Source: a virus
Taxonomy: Duplodnaviria > Caudoviricetes
Direction: 5' to 3' (one strand)
Virus record (IMG/VR): IMGVR_UViG_3300002092_000016
Coordinates: 1-36,943 of that record
DNA length: 36,943 nucleotides
Shown here: one piece after another, positions 1 through 8,263 of the stretch
Numbering within the stretch: position 1 is the stretch's first letter
Layout of the letters: every line of letters begins with the position of its first letter
The notes under the pieces: model-generated
The model's input: only the letters and a program-made list of their open reading frames with translations
Database searches by the model: none
What the model was told of the DNA's origin: nothing
Made by a program: the position numbers and the translations under genes

Positions 1-84
1 CTAGCAGAGACGTTAGACCTCAAGTTTTATGCTGCAAGGCACATTTCCTAACCCCCAACCGACCACGACCATGACCACCACCAC
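1..84 (+). repeat. Terminal direct repeat, left copy (circular assembly overlap)
   Basis: Bases 1-84 are identical to 36860-36943. Confidence 0.95.
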
Positions 85-460
85 CTACACCGATACGCAC
101 GAAGTCATTACCGAGCATTTCATGATGTTCTGGGCATATTCCGATGGGGGATTTTCCTTCCCCTGCACCCCCACTGGAGAGATTGAGGAACCAGCATCAC
201 CAGAGGGTCGAGCCAACCTCGGCAAGATCCTCAATGGGGAGATCACTTATACCCGTAAGGAAATTCAGACCGAGGTGCGTCGGTTTAGACTCTGCACTTG
301 TGGGAGTCGGAAAACATCGTACCCCTTGCACGATGCACGTGGGATTTACGTTGCCAGTGTTTGCCCCAAGTGCGAAGCCAAAGTTGCCTCCAAGTACCGT
401 GCAGCAATCTTTACCGACTCTGACTACGATTGTAATGAACTGGTCAGTGCTGATTACTAA
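71..460 (+). CDS. Early hypothetical protein with C-terminal Zn-binding motif
   Basis: CTCGS...DARGIY...VCPKC motif; start moved to ATG 71 because the upstream gene ends at TAA 49-51. Confidence 0.75.
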   Translation: MTTTTYTDTHEVITEHFMMFWAYSDGGFSFPCTPTGEIEEPASPEGRANLGKILNGEITYTRKEIQTEVRRFRLCTCGSRKTSYPLHDARGIYVASVCPKCEAKVASKYRAAIFTDSDYDCNELVSADY

Positions 461-473
461 CCCTCAACCGACC

Positions 474-680
474 ATGACCAAACGTAAAATCAACCGTGCC
501 ATTAAGCACCTCTATCTGGAGGTGCAGCACGAGAGGGGGGCAGGGTATTGCTACTTCACCGGACTTCACTCAGGGGATACCGTGGGGGAATCCGTGATGG
601 TGTGCTGCCTCAAGCATTACACCCTGCAAGAGTGGTTGGAAAAAGCAACTGATGCCTTGGAGCAAGGAGGGCACCTATGA
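474..680 (+). CDS. Early hypothetical protein (68 aa)
   Basis: ATG at 474 follows the same C/A-rich leader as the gene at 71; ATGA overlap with the next gene. Confidence 0.7.
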   Translation: MTKRKINRAIKHLYLEVQHERGAGYCYFTGLHSGDTVGESVMVCCLKHYTLQEWLEKATDALEQGGHL

Positions 681-868
681 AATCCCACGGAGGTAAACGA
701 AAGGGTGCAGGAAGACCCAAGGGAACCACTAACGAGGTCAAGGTGCCCCACAGGGTGGTCACCAAGTCGGTTTCCATGACTACCCCCAACTGGGATCGTT
801 TTGATGCCCAGAGGGGGGATCTCAGTCGTGGGGCATATATCGTATCGATCCTGCCCCAGAAACATTGA
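677..868 (+). CDS. Small DNA-binding protein (AT-hook-like GGKRKGAGRP plus ribbon-helix-helix-like region)
   Basis: HGGKRKGAGRPKG motif, then alternating strand TKSVSM and two short helices ending SRGAYI. Confidence 0.7.
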   Translation: MKSHGGKRKGAGRPKGTTNEVKVPHRVVTKSVSMTTPNWDRFDAQRGDLSRGAYIVSILPQKH

Positions 869-1313
869 TGTAGGCATTGGTTCGTACACTCATGCCTCCG
901 TTAATGCATTTTCTGGTAGTAGTCCGTTCTAGCCTTACCGGAGGCACAAAATCACCGTTCTGGTCGGCAATCTTGACGGTCAATATCAAACCATCAGGAA
1001 CTAGGTACAGGAACCCATAAAAGGGGACACATAGAGTTCTGGCTAGGGTGGCACCATGCACGATCTTTTCGTAGGTCACCAACCACTCATCCCCCCATTG
1101 ACAAAGTTGATCCCGTGTCATTTGTCGGCATTTGCTTTCAAAGCAGGAAGTGATCTGGTTGTTCCGAATCGTAAACCCGTCTACCTTGGCAGGGTTGTTT
1201 TTGGGGGTGTTGACAAACATGGAATCAGGAAAAGTGATCCGTAAAGAGTCTAGCATCTCCTGTTCCTCCCTTGCCGATTCCTGCCCCAGAGGTGTTAAAA
1301 TATCGAGCCTCAT
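822..1313 (-). CDS. PD-(D/E)xK-like nuclease-fold protein
   Basis: KVDGF...FESKCR motif; ATGA-coupled to the upstream ATPase. Confidence 0.6.
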   Translation of the reverse strand: MRLDILTPLGQESAREEQEMLDSLRITFPDSMFVNTPKNNPAKVDGFTIRNNQITSCFESKCRQMTRDQLCQWGDEWLVTYEKIVHGATLARTLCVPFYGFLYLVPDGLILTVKIADQNGDFVPPVRLERTTTRKCINGGMSVRTNAYINVSGAGSIRYMPHD

Positions 1314-1999
1314 AGTTTCACAATCGTTGAAAACTCTGCCAGTCTCCTGACGATAGCCTCACCCCTATCCTGAGAAAACATGGAGAGGAGTCCCTTGGCA
1401 TCTGAGTTGCTTGTCCAGAGGGTAGGGAGTCGGTGGGATGTCCGGTGCTCCAGAATGTCGTAGAGTTCGGCCTCTGCCCTGTCGGTCATGCGTCCCTTGC
1501 CGAGATCGTCCAAGAGGAACAAATCGGAACTCTTACAAAGTTTGAGTGCAGATTGGGCAATGACCTTGATGGCAGGGGAGTCGGCAAACTGGTTGGCAGC
1601 ATTGAGGGACAGATCCGGTGAGGTCAAAAAGAAGGTGTCCCTGCCCTCATCCTGCATCCGCTTTAACAGTTTGATTGCTGCCCTAGTCTTCCCAGCACCA
1701 GAGGTGCCGATGAAACCCAATCCCATTGGTTGGTATGTCCACGATACCACCGGAGTCGTTAAAGCCTCTGGGAGCCTTGTCAGATCCGTGTCGTGGTAGA
1801 TCGGAGGGATCATGAGGTTAAAACGATTTCTAGAGGCATCCTTGGCCTTTCTGGAGGGTTCCTCTTTCTGGTCTTTGGTGTATTTAAGGCAGCAGTCATC
1901 ACAGTTCCTTTGGACGTAGATGACCTTGTTGTTAAATTTTACGGGTTCGTGCTCAAAGGGAATCGAGCAGGTTTCACAGAGTGAGTGGATGGTCGTCAT
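1310..1999 (-). CDS. DnaC/IstB-like AAA+ helicase loader
   Basis: N-terminal CxxC...CxxC, Walker A GTSGAGKT, Walker B LFLLDDLG, LPTLWTSN, IVRRL; lies downstream of the initiator. Confidence 0.9.
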   Translation of the reverse strand: MTTIHSLCETCSIPFEHEPVKFNNKVIYVQRNCDDCCLKYTKDQKEEPSRKAKDASRNRFNLMIPPIYHDTDLTRLPEALTTPVVSWTYQPMGLGFIGTSGAGKTRAAIKLLKRMQDEGRDTFFLTSPDLSLNAANQFADSPAIKVIAQSALKLCKSSDLFLLDDLGKGRMTDRAEAELYDILEHRTSHRLPTLWTSNSDAKGLLSMFSQDRGEAIVRRLAEFSTIVKL

Positions 2000-2238
2000 T
2001 GGATTTCTTTTTTTATTCTTTCAAGTTCTGCCCAGAGAGCATGGTGCTCCGTGTATGCGACTCGTAACGTTGTCTCTATGCCGCTAATACCAGTCCTCAA
2101 CCTCTCAACCTCGGCCTCTGCTTTTTGAAAACGATCAACTGCAATGTCCAAGGGAGTTTTAACTCCTTGAGGTATATTGTTTAATCCTCCGCAATGGGGG
2201 CAGGTGTCGGTTCGCGGTGTTGTATCGGTGGTCATCAT
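1996..2238 (-). CDS. Hypothetical protein (CPHC, coiled coil)
   Basis: TAATG coupling at 2238 gives MMTTDTTPRTDTCPHCGG...; ATGA overlap downstream. Confidence 0.65.
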   Translation of the reverse strand: MMTTDTTPRTDTCPHCGGLNNIPQGVKTPLDIAVDRFQKAEAEVERLRTGISGIETTLRVAYTEHHALWAELERIKKEIQ

Positions 2239-2930
2239 TAGAATGCTGATGCGAATTTGGAGGTGTTGACCGTCATGGTTGGTTTGTTGCCATTTTGGTG
2301 AGGTGGAAAAATCCCCTGCCACCCGTTGCTGATCGTGAGACCGATTGCCGTGATTGCTGCCTGATGCCCCCATGCCTCCATCTCGTTGAGCTTTGCTTTG
2401 ACCGAGGAGGGCTTGAGGACAGAGAGACCTCTCTCCTTCCGGTAGTGCACGTAGTGCTCCCAATTAAGCCTAAAAGTCTCCGTATCCAGACCCTTGGGAA
2501 AAACTGGAGGTGCTGGCACCGACTTCTTCTTATCTGTATGAGTTATGAGTGATGAGTTATGAGTAGCAGTGCGTTCGCTGTGCGATCGCATAGCGATCGC
2601 ATAGCGTTCGCAAGATTTAGAACGACTTACGTGACTTGCCTTTGCCGACTCACGTGCTTTTTGGCTTTTTTGGTAGGTTTTCTCTAACTCCTTCTTGACC
2701 CGTGAATGCACCCATCCGGTCTCCGTGAGTTCAAAAAACTCGGAGAGGACGGTCTCAACTGCCGATGAGGTACACCTGACTCGACGTGCCAAATGGTCAA
2801 TCTGGTTGATGAGTGGCTTCTCGGTGTCATAGGACAAGTCCAGCAACCTCCGGTAGGCTAGATCCTCCTCGTTGGTGAGGTGTGCCGTTGCTGCCGTGTA
2901 ATCCCCGTGGAAGAAAGGATAGTAGATCAC
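2238..2930 (-). CDS. Replication initiator, YdaU/DUF1376 family
   Basis: YYPFFHGDY...HLTNEEDLAYRRLLDLSYDTEKPL N-terminus; C-terminal NGWQGIF motif; internal iterons. Confidence 0.85.
   Translation of the reverse strand: MIYYPFFHGDYTAATAHLTNEEDLAYRRLLDLSYDTEKPLINQIDHLARRVRCTSSAVETVLSEFFELTETGWVHSRVKKELEKTYQKSQKARESAKASHVSRSKSCERYAIAMRSHSERTATHNSSLITHTDKKKSVPAPPVFPKGLDTETFRLNWEHYVHYRKERGLSVLKPSSVKAKLNEMEAWGHQAAITAIGLTISNGWQGIFPPHQNGNKPTMTVNTSKFASAF
2537..2612. repeat. Probable replication origin: 4 x 7-bp (T/G)ATGAGT plus 4 x GCG(A/T)TCGC at 11-bp period
   Basis: 7-mers at 2537, 2544, 2551, 2558; 8-mers at 2571, 2582, 2593, 2604; inside the initiator gene as for lambda O. Confidence 0.8.
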
Positions 2931-3127
2931 AGGGAAGCCTCCACGGTCTCAATATCGACTTCCGTGCAGCACTGGGGGCACTCACAGGGGTCGGCTTCTG
3001 CTGATGAACCCTGCTCGGCATCTTCCCATCTCCCCCCCATTCCTCGATCTGGGGTGGCAGGGTAAAACTCTACCTCAAACTTGTGCTCACACTCCTCGTT
3101 GTCACATGTGTAGGGGATCTTCATCAA
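2927..3127 (-). CDS. Small acidic Zn-ribbon protein
   Basis: CDNEEC...CPQC; coupled overlaps on both sides. Confidence 0.7.
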   Translation of the reverse strand: MMKIPYTCDNEECEHKFEVEFYPATPDRGMGGRWEDAEQGSSAEADPCECPQCCTEVDIETVEASL

Positions 3128-3459
3128 AACTCCTCCTTATTCCAATTACCACCCTTTCGGGTGATCCCACGGAAGATAAAGTAAGGGAACATTTCTGCTG
3201 CCACCTTGATTTTGACCCGTGCATCGTCCTCCCAGAACCCCTTGGTTTCATGGAGTTCGACCCCCCCATCTTTCATGATGACCAAGAAATCCGGTGAGTA
3301 TGTTGTCCGGTCTGCCAACTTGAGCTTCACCCCCTCAAACTTGAAGGCATGGATTTCACCCACCTTGAGCAGTTGATCCAAATAACCAGCATAGGCTAAC
3401 TCCAACTTGTTCATGACCCCTGACGTGTAGGAGGTTCTCCCCCGTGCCTTAAACTTCAT
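3124..3459 (-). CDS. DUF1064-like PD-(D/E)xK endonuclease / resolvase
   Basis: MNKLE..Y, TYSPDFLV...HETKG motifs. Confidence 0.8.
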   Translation of the reverse strand: MKFKARGRTSYTSGVMNKLELAYAGYLDQLLKVGEIHAFKFEGVKLKLADRTTYSPDFLVIMKDGGVELHETKGFWEDDARVKIKVAAEMFPYFIFRGITRKGGNWNKEEF

Positions 3460-3656
3460 TCGACCTCCTCGTCAGTGACCTCTAAGAGGGCAACGTGGGA
3501 ACCCTCTGGGATGACCAGACGTAGCTCCGTGTCCATACAACCGTTGAGATACCCCCTGAGATACCTCTCCTCCGGTGTGGGCACCCTGTTGCCATCCTCA
3601 AGATGACGGATGCCCTCAGTTTCCCAACTCTCCCTAGCCATTTCAGTACTTGTCAT
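3456..3656 (-). CDS. Hypothetical protein
   Basis: ATG 3656 after an AACAAACCAAAACCAAACT leader; overlap with the next gene. Confidence 0.6.
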   Translation of the reverse strand: MTSTEMARESWETEGIRHLEDGNRVPTPEERYLRGYLNGCMDTELRLVIPEGSHVALLEVTDEEVE

Positions 3657-3686
3657 AGTTTGGTTTTGGTTTGTTGTTATATACAC

Positions 3687-4019
3687 CTATCGGCAAACGT
3701 CTCCACCTTGTGACCTCTTGGAGGCCGTGAAGGAACAGAACCCCACCATTCGTAGTCCTGACTCTAGCTCCTTCTCGGAGATTTCCACGGGGTCATATTT
3801 GAGCCACTGGTCAAATTCGGTAGCACGAGTGCTGCATGGGGTGCCCCCGAAAAAATCCCACCAAATGATCCGTGCCACGGAGGGACGTAGGAGTTCTGGA
3901 ACCTCCTTGAGATCCTCCACCCACTGGGCAGGGGACTTTTTCCTCAACTCACGGTAGTTGACCGTGGTGTCACTGGGGATCTTCCGTGTCCGGTTGATTG
4001 GGTCGAGTGGGATTCTCAT
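3687..4019 (-). CDS. Hypothetical protein
   Basis: ATGA-coupled to the exonuclease; ARIIWWDFF motif. Confidence 0.7.
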   Translation of the reverse strand: MRIPLDPINRTRKIPSDTTVNYRELRKKSPAQWVEDLKEVPELLRPSVARIIWWDFFGGTPCSTRATEFDQWLKYDPVEISEKELESGLRMVGFCSFTASKRSQGGDVCR

Positions 4020-4930
4020 TTGCGTACGAGTGAAACCGTGGGTGCCGAGATGGTCACGGGGAGGGGATCGGAGGTAAACTCACTCCATCGAGACTTGATT
4101 GCCTTGGTGTCAACCCTCTCCGACCCTTTACGAGTCTGGATGCTCCACCCTGCCACCGGAGTGCCCCCCACAATGGCATCCTTGACCAATTCCTTGACCT
4201 TGAGTGACTCAAACATGTCTTGGATTGCCTCCAGCATGATCAGTGCCGTCCCTGCATTGGCAGGGGACTCGGTGATCCACTCCTTGGTCAACTTCACCGG
4301 AGTATTTTCAACCAATGTCATTGCCCTTTCTGCTGGTGCCACCTTTGCTGGGCAGGTCGTGCGTTTAACGCACCACTTGCAGTACTGGTTCTCCCGTGGA
4401 GGTTCGGACTTGGCAGTTACACGATCAATGATCCCATCAATCATTGCCTTGGTGGGGAGCACATCAAACGTGGTCTCGTAATCCTTGCCAGTATCGATCC
4501 CGATAATGATGGAACGGCACGAGGTCTCCCCAGTGCTCTCCATGAGCATGAGGGCATACATACCCATCTGCTCGTGGTAGGAGGAGGGATCTGCCAACCT
4601 CCCTGATTTGTAGTCACAAAGGATCAACTGACCATCCGTGTACCCCCAAATGTCTGCCGTCCCAAAGTTGGTTTCCGACAAACCATCCTTGTAGTACTGG
4701 AGCTTGCTCTCACAACCCCGTATGTCTGTCACATAAGCCTTCACCCGTTCGTAGGCTGACTGGGCACCCTCGTCGGAGATGGGAACCCCCTTCTCGTGGT
4801 GCAGTTGGAGTTGCTTGTGGAGACCGTCTCCACGGATGGCAGCATCCCCGACCACCGGATCGGCCTTGAAGAGGGTGCAGAGGTTCAGCTTGGGGAAAGC
4901 ACTCGGAGAGAGTGTTGGGTGGTGACTCAT
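4016..4930 (-). CDS. Cas4-like/DUF2800 PD-(D/E)xK exonuclease
   Basis: LSPS...C, GTAD, DYKSG, QMGMYA, CKWC-x5-CP (Fe-S ligands); near ERF gene. Confidence 0.85.
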   Translation of the reverse strand: MSHHPTLSPSAFPKLNLCTLFKADPVVGDAAIRGDGLHKQLQLHHEKGVPISDEGAQSAYERVKAYVTDIRGCESKLQYYKDGLSETNFGTADIWGYTDGQLILCDYKSGRLADPSSYHEQMGMYALMLMESTGETSCRSIIIGIDTGKDYETTFDVLPTKAMIDGIIDRVTAKSEPPRENQYCKWCVKRTTCPAKVAPAERAMTLVENTPVKLTKEWITESPANAGTALIMLEAIQDMFESLKVKELVKDAIVGGTPVAGWSIQTRKGSERVDTKAIKSRWSEFTSDPLPVTISAPTVSLVRK

Positions 4931-5181
4931 CGTGCTCCCCCCGTGAAGAGGTTACGGAGGAACCCAAGAAGGGTGAATTTGCTCTCCAAGACCTCCTGCT
5001 CCTTGAGCTTGCGTTCCTTCCTACGGAGATACGATGCACGGTCATTCTGTGCCTTCCGTGCCCTCTTCCTACGTTCGGCTGACTTGGCTAGGATAGTCTC
5101 CCGATTGGCAGCATAGTAGGATCGTGCCCTCTCCTTCTGGGGGGTCACAAACTCCCGATCAAAAAGTGACGGGGTGCTCAT
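4927..5181 (-). CDS. Basic helical hypothetical protein
   Basis: YYAANRE and K/R-rich helix; coupled overlaps. Confidence 0.65.
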   Translation of the reverse strand: MSTPSLFDREFVTPQKERARSYYAANRETILAKSAERRKRARKAQNDRASYLRRKERKLKEQEVLESKFTLLGFLRNLFTGGAR

Positions 5182-5837
5182 GCTGCCACCTCCATGTTCG
5201 TAAAGGCAAACTCCACCACCTCAGGCCAAACCTCCGTCACCCTCTGGAGGAGGTTGACCGGAAGGTCTGGGATGTATTTCTTGGAGACCTTGGCACCCTT
5301 GGATTCAAAGAATAGGAAGATGTCCTTTTCGGAAACCTTGTCACGATCCATGAGTTCATTGACCTTCTTGAGCCAATCGATCTTTGGGGGAGGGGTTCCT
5401 GATGCTACCTTGGGAGGAGTGACGGACTTCACTATCTTTGGAGGAGTCACAGCAGTTGTCGTGCTACCATCAAGATCTTCTTCACTAGCAATCATCAGAA
5501 TACTGCTTGCAGAGTACCTTCTTGCATAAGTAAGTGCCCCTCCGACTCCGGTCGGTGATTGATCCTTTAGGGGTAGAAGTAGCAGGGACTCACGGGTCTC
5601 TCCACTGGTGTGCAGAATCCGAGTCAGGACTCCTGCCTTGCCCTCTTCAAACACAGGTTCCTGAGACAGGCACAACCCGTGCTTTGCCAGCACTGGACGT
5701 GCTGCATCAAGTACCACATCGAGTGTGGCGAAACGACTTTTGAAGTGTGGATTTGTTGCATTCTTCTGCACGTTGGAAAGTTCTCCGAGTGCAGCAACCA
5801 TTGCTGAGTTTAGTGTCGTGGTGGTGGTGTTGCTCAT
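5178..5837 (-). CDS. erf: ERF-family ssDNA annealing recombinase
   Basis: KNATNPHFKSRFATL and GGALTYARRYS...EEDLDG motifs. Confidence 0.9.
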   Translation of the reverse strand: MSNTTTTTLNSAMVAALGELSNVQKNATNPHFKSRFATLDVVLDAARPVLAKHGLCLSQEPVFEEGKAGVLTRILHTSGETRESLLLLPLKDQSPTGVGGALTYARRYSASSILMIASEEDLDGSTTTAVTPPKIVKSVTPPKVASGTPPPKIDWLKKVNELMDRDKVSEKDIFLFFESKGAKVSKKYIPDLPVNLLQRVTEVWPEVVEFAFTNMEVAA

Positions 5838-5845
5838 TTGTATTT

Positions 5846-5929
5846 TTAGCGGAGGTGATTAGAAATCCGTCCGATCAGGACGGAGACGAGGACAAGTGCC
5901 ACGAGGAGCACGATTTGGTATGGGGTCAT
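5846..5929 (-). CDS. 27-aa single-TM micro-protein (absent from ORF track)
   Basis: MTPYQIVLLVALVLVSVLIGRISNHLR*, preceded by a C/A-rich leader; fills the gap before erf. Confidence 0.65.
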   Translation of the reverse strand: MTPYQIVLLVALVLVSVLIGRISNHLR

Positions 5930-6072
5930 TTGGTGGTGTTGTTGGGGTTGGGTTTCTGCCCTTGGGATCTATACACCCTTGGGCAAAAGTTGGTTCCGAG
6001 TGGAAAGAGACGGAGTAGAAAGGGAGTCCAGTCGAGGAGGGGACGATCCCCGTGGTAGAGGTTCCTACGCAT
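5926..6072 (-). CDS. Possible 48-aa hypothetical protein
   Basis: ATG near the xis stop and ATGA overlap downstream, but composition is unconvincing. Confidence 0.3.
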   Translation of the reverse strand: MRRNLYHGDRPLLDWTPFLLRLFPLGTNFCPRVYRSQGQKPNPNNTTK

Positions 6073-6280
6073 TGCCTTCAACGAGTTGGTCAAGGTCAGC
6101 AACCTTGATGAGTCGGCAAGCACCAACCGTGTAACTCTTGAGAGATCCTGATTTCACCAGTTGGTAGATTTTTTCACGGGTAACAGAAATCCTCTGTGCT
6201 GCCTCCAAAGGTCGGATGTACTTGGGTTCGTTATAGACACCCGTAGGCACGGTTTTAGAACGGGTAGAGGTTGTGGACAT
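6065..6280 (-). CDS. Excisionase-like HTH_17 DNA-binding protein
   Basis: EAAQRISVTREKIYQLVKSGSLKSYTVGACRLIKVADLD; start at MSTT 6280 avoids overlapping the RHH gene. Confidence 0.85.
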   Translation of the reverse strand: MSTTSTRSKTVPTGVYNEPKYIRPLEAAQRISVTREKIYQLVKSGSLKSYTVGACRLIKVADLDQLVEGNA

Positions 6281-6284
6281 GGGT

Positions 6285-6467
6285 TTATTCACGGGTGCTG
6301 TTTGGGTATTTGTGTGGGTTCTTTCGGATTTCATCCTTGATGGGACGCTTCAAAAATTCAGAGACGGTCATGGAACGGAGGGTAGCAAGGTTGACGAGAA
6401 TTTGATCCTCCTCCTCGGTAACCCAAAAGGTTCTGAGCCTTTTTCCCTTGAGACGTTGATTGGCCAT
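6285..6467 (-). CDS. Ribbon-helix-helix (CopG/Arc-like) regulator, candidate repressor
   Basis: Strand LRTFWV, helix EEEDQILVNLA, helix MTVSEFLK. Confidence 0.75.
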   Translation of the reverse strand: MANQRLKGKRLRTFWVTEEEDQILVNLATLRSMTVSEFLKRPIKDEIRKNPHKYPNSTRE

Positions 6468-6474
6468 GAGGAAA

Positions 6475-6503
6475 AAGTTACATGACCTATAGACACCTGT
6501 CCA
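6475..6503 (-). promoter_or_regulatory. Sigma70-like promoter with operator in spacer; probably leaderless mRNA
   Basis: TGGACA-17 bp (GGTGTCTATAGGTCATG)-TAACTT, then 7 nt to the ATG at 6467. Confidence 0.65.
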
Positions 6504-6539
6504 TACATATTTGCACTGGTTGGCATTGGTCAGAAAAAA

Positions 6540-6689
6540 TTAAGCAGCAACTGGGTCTAAAACTCCTTCTGCAATTTCCACAATCTCAAGGATCGTGTCC
6601 CCGTCAATGTCTGGGTCTTCTTGCCCTAGTTGAACGAGTGTTTCCATTTGTTTTTTTGTCAGATGCATTGTGTACTGGGGATGTGCCAT
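6540..6689 (-). CDS. Small acidic hypothetical protein
   Basis: MAHPQYTMHL...DPVAA, between the integrase and the RHH gene. Confidence 0.55.
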   Translation of the reverse strand: MAHPQYTMHLTKKQMETLVQLGQEDPDIDGDTILEIVEIAEGVLDPVAA

Positions 6690-6755
6690 GACCCATGAGT
6701 AAGCATTTGTACCTATTGGGTGTCTATAACTTTTTATCAAAAAATAAATGCTTGC

Positions 6756-7787
6756 CTACAACTCCCACCAGAGTGATGCATCTCTACGTGTTACAGAGTT
6801 TGCGTAGGTCTCATAGATCAATTTTGCAGAAGCATGACCCATCTCAAATGCCGTCCTAGTCGGATCACGGAAATGTGCTAAATGGTAGGACGCAAAAGAA
6901 TGCCTGAGTGCATTCTGTGGAAATCTGTCAAGACCCAACTTTGCCTCACTCGGCATGCCTCGATGACATCTCCATTCTTTGCTTTCTCCGACCAAAGATC
7001 CTTCCCCTTTTGGTAAATGTCGCATCACTGCTGGTTGCAAAGTGATGCTTCTGGGACGCATTGCTTTCCCCTGCTTGGAGTGGTTTTTATTCACGTTGAT
7101 CTCCATGTACTTTGGGTCGGAATCAATGCAGTCATAGGACATCCTTGAGAGTTCGCATGTGCGTAGACCTGCAAACCCTCCCAAGACGATCTTGCACTTG
7201 ATCCAAGGCTCGACCTCCAGCTGGAGCAGATCCCTCATTTGAGTGGGGGTCAGGATCATTTTACGGGCATCTGCATCGTTCTTGGCAGGTGCCTTGATCA
7301 GGTCAAAAGGGGAGATAGGCATGATCCTCCGTACCAAGGTGGAGGAAAAGAATGTTCGCAAACAGGAAAAGTGATTCCAGACCGTCCTCTGGGCATAATT
7401 GAGGGTATCAATCCATGCATCGATATCGTCTGGGGTCACGTCCTTGATCCCCATGTCCCCGAAATGGTCGGTGAACCGTCTCAAGCAGACCTTGGACTGT
7501 GCCACCCCATTCTTTTCCAACCCCTCGACCTCTAGGGATGCCAAGTATACGGCAACCAGACCACCGACCTTTTCGGACGAGGATGCCTTCTTGATGCGAC
7601 TCTTGATGGTTTTAAGGGTCAAGGCACTGGTAAAAGACCCGATCCACCGGAATGCCTCCGGTTGGGTTTTGAAAAACTTTTGGCACCTGCTACCCCCATT
7701 CATGTCGGGGGGTACATCAATCACCCACCTTTGAGAGGATGCATAGAACCGTGGGGTGAGGCGTTTGGATCGTTGTAATTCACTCAC
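6756..7787 (-). CDS. int: Tyrosine integrase
   Basis: GFAGLRTCE (R), HSKQG (K), NALRHSFASY (HxxR variant), EMGH, YETY; adjacent attP. Confidence 0.95.
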   Translation of the reverse strand: MSELQRSKRLTPRFYASSQRWVIDVPPDMNGGSRCQKFFKTQPEAFRWIGSFTSALTLKTIKSRIKKASSSEKVGGLVAVYLASLEVEGLEKNGVAQSKVCLRRFTDHFGDMGIKDVTPDDIDAWIDTLNYAQRTVWNHFSCLRTFFSSTLVRRIMPISPFDLIKAPAKNDADARKMILTPTQMRDLLQLEVEPWIKCKIVLGGFAGLRTCELSRMSYDCIDSDPKYMEINVNKNHSKQGKAMRPRSITLQPAVMRHLPKGEGSLVGESKEWRCHRGMPSEAKLGLDRFPQNALRHSFASYHLAHFRDPTRTAFEMGHASAKLIYETYANSVTRRDASLWWEL

Positions 7788-7956
7788 AGTCCCTCACACT
7801 TCACATATTTGTGAATTGGTGTCAATGGGTCTGTTTACACTGATAAACAGGGGTTGTAGGGGTTTTTTGCTCTACAGAGTAAAATGGCGGTGAGACAGGG
7901 ATTCGAACCTAATTGTTGGACAGAGAGAAAGTGTGAGTGAAATCTATACAGTCACA
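7779..7956. promoter_or_regulatory. attP arm region (probable integrase arm-type sites)
   Basis: TTCACTCACA 7779-7788 and inverted copy TGTGAGTGAA 7932-7941 flank the core; more TCACA boxes near 7794, 7801, 7952; CTGTTTA/TAAACAG inverted repeat 7831-7850. Confidence 0.55.
7885..7909 (-). other. attP core = 3' 25 nt of a tRNA (Ser-type)
   Basis: Minus strand GGTTCGAATCCCTGTCTCACCGCCA: T-loop, 3' T-stem, acceptor TCTCACC, discriminator G, CCA; no 5' tRNA half. Confidence 0.88.
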
Positions 7957-8002
7957 GTTTGGGTGTATATGTCTGTGTCCGATTTTCCCTCAACCCTCGG
8001 TG

Positions 8003-8263
8003 TCAAGAATATATTCTTCTCCATCCATCAGACCATAACACCGATGCCATTCGTTGGGCAATCTTGGTGACAGTTTCCTCGTCGGCATCCTGCAAAATGC
8101 AGTGGGTCAGTTCGTGCAAAACGGTATCCAGACGTTGCTGGGAGGTCTGGTTGGGATCGATCTCAATGTGGGGGATCTTTCCGTGCCAACACAAGCCCAT
8201 TGCTTTTTCCTTCCCCAGTTTGCGTTCCGTGATGCGGATCGTTCGGGGGAGTGAAACCTTCAT
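8003..8263 (-). CDS. Small HExxH zincin-like protein
   Basis: GLC...IEIDP...LDTVLHELTH...EE motif. Confidence 0.75.
   Translation of the reverse strand: MKVSLPRTIRITERKLGKEKAMGLCWHGKIPHIEIDPNQTSQQRLDTVLHELTHCILQDADEETVTKIAQRMASVLWSDGWRRIYS

Noticed and set aside
1-84. Physical T7-like terminal repeat
   Set aside because: Starts inside a gene and the TerS is Sf6-like, suggesting headful packaging; more likely an assembler overlap.
2582-2600. GCGATCGC as cyanobacterial HIP1, implying a cyanophage
   Set aside because: Only two copies seen, both within the iteron array; HIP1 would be dispersed.
4016-4930. CRISPR Cas4
   Set aside because: Lies near erf with no array; typical phage recombination exonuclease.
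7885-7909. tRNA gene
   Set aside because: Only the 3' 25 nt are present; no D or anticodon arm. It is an att core.
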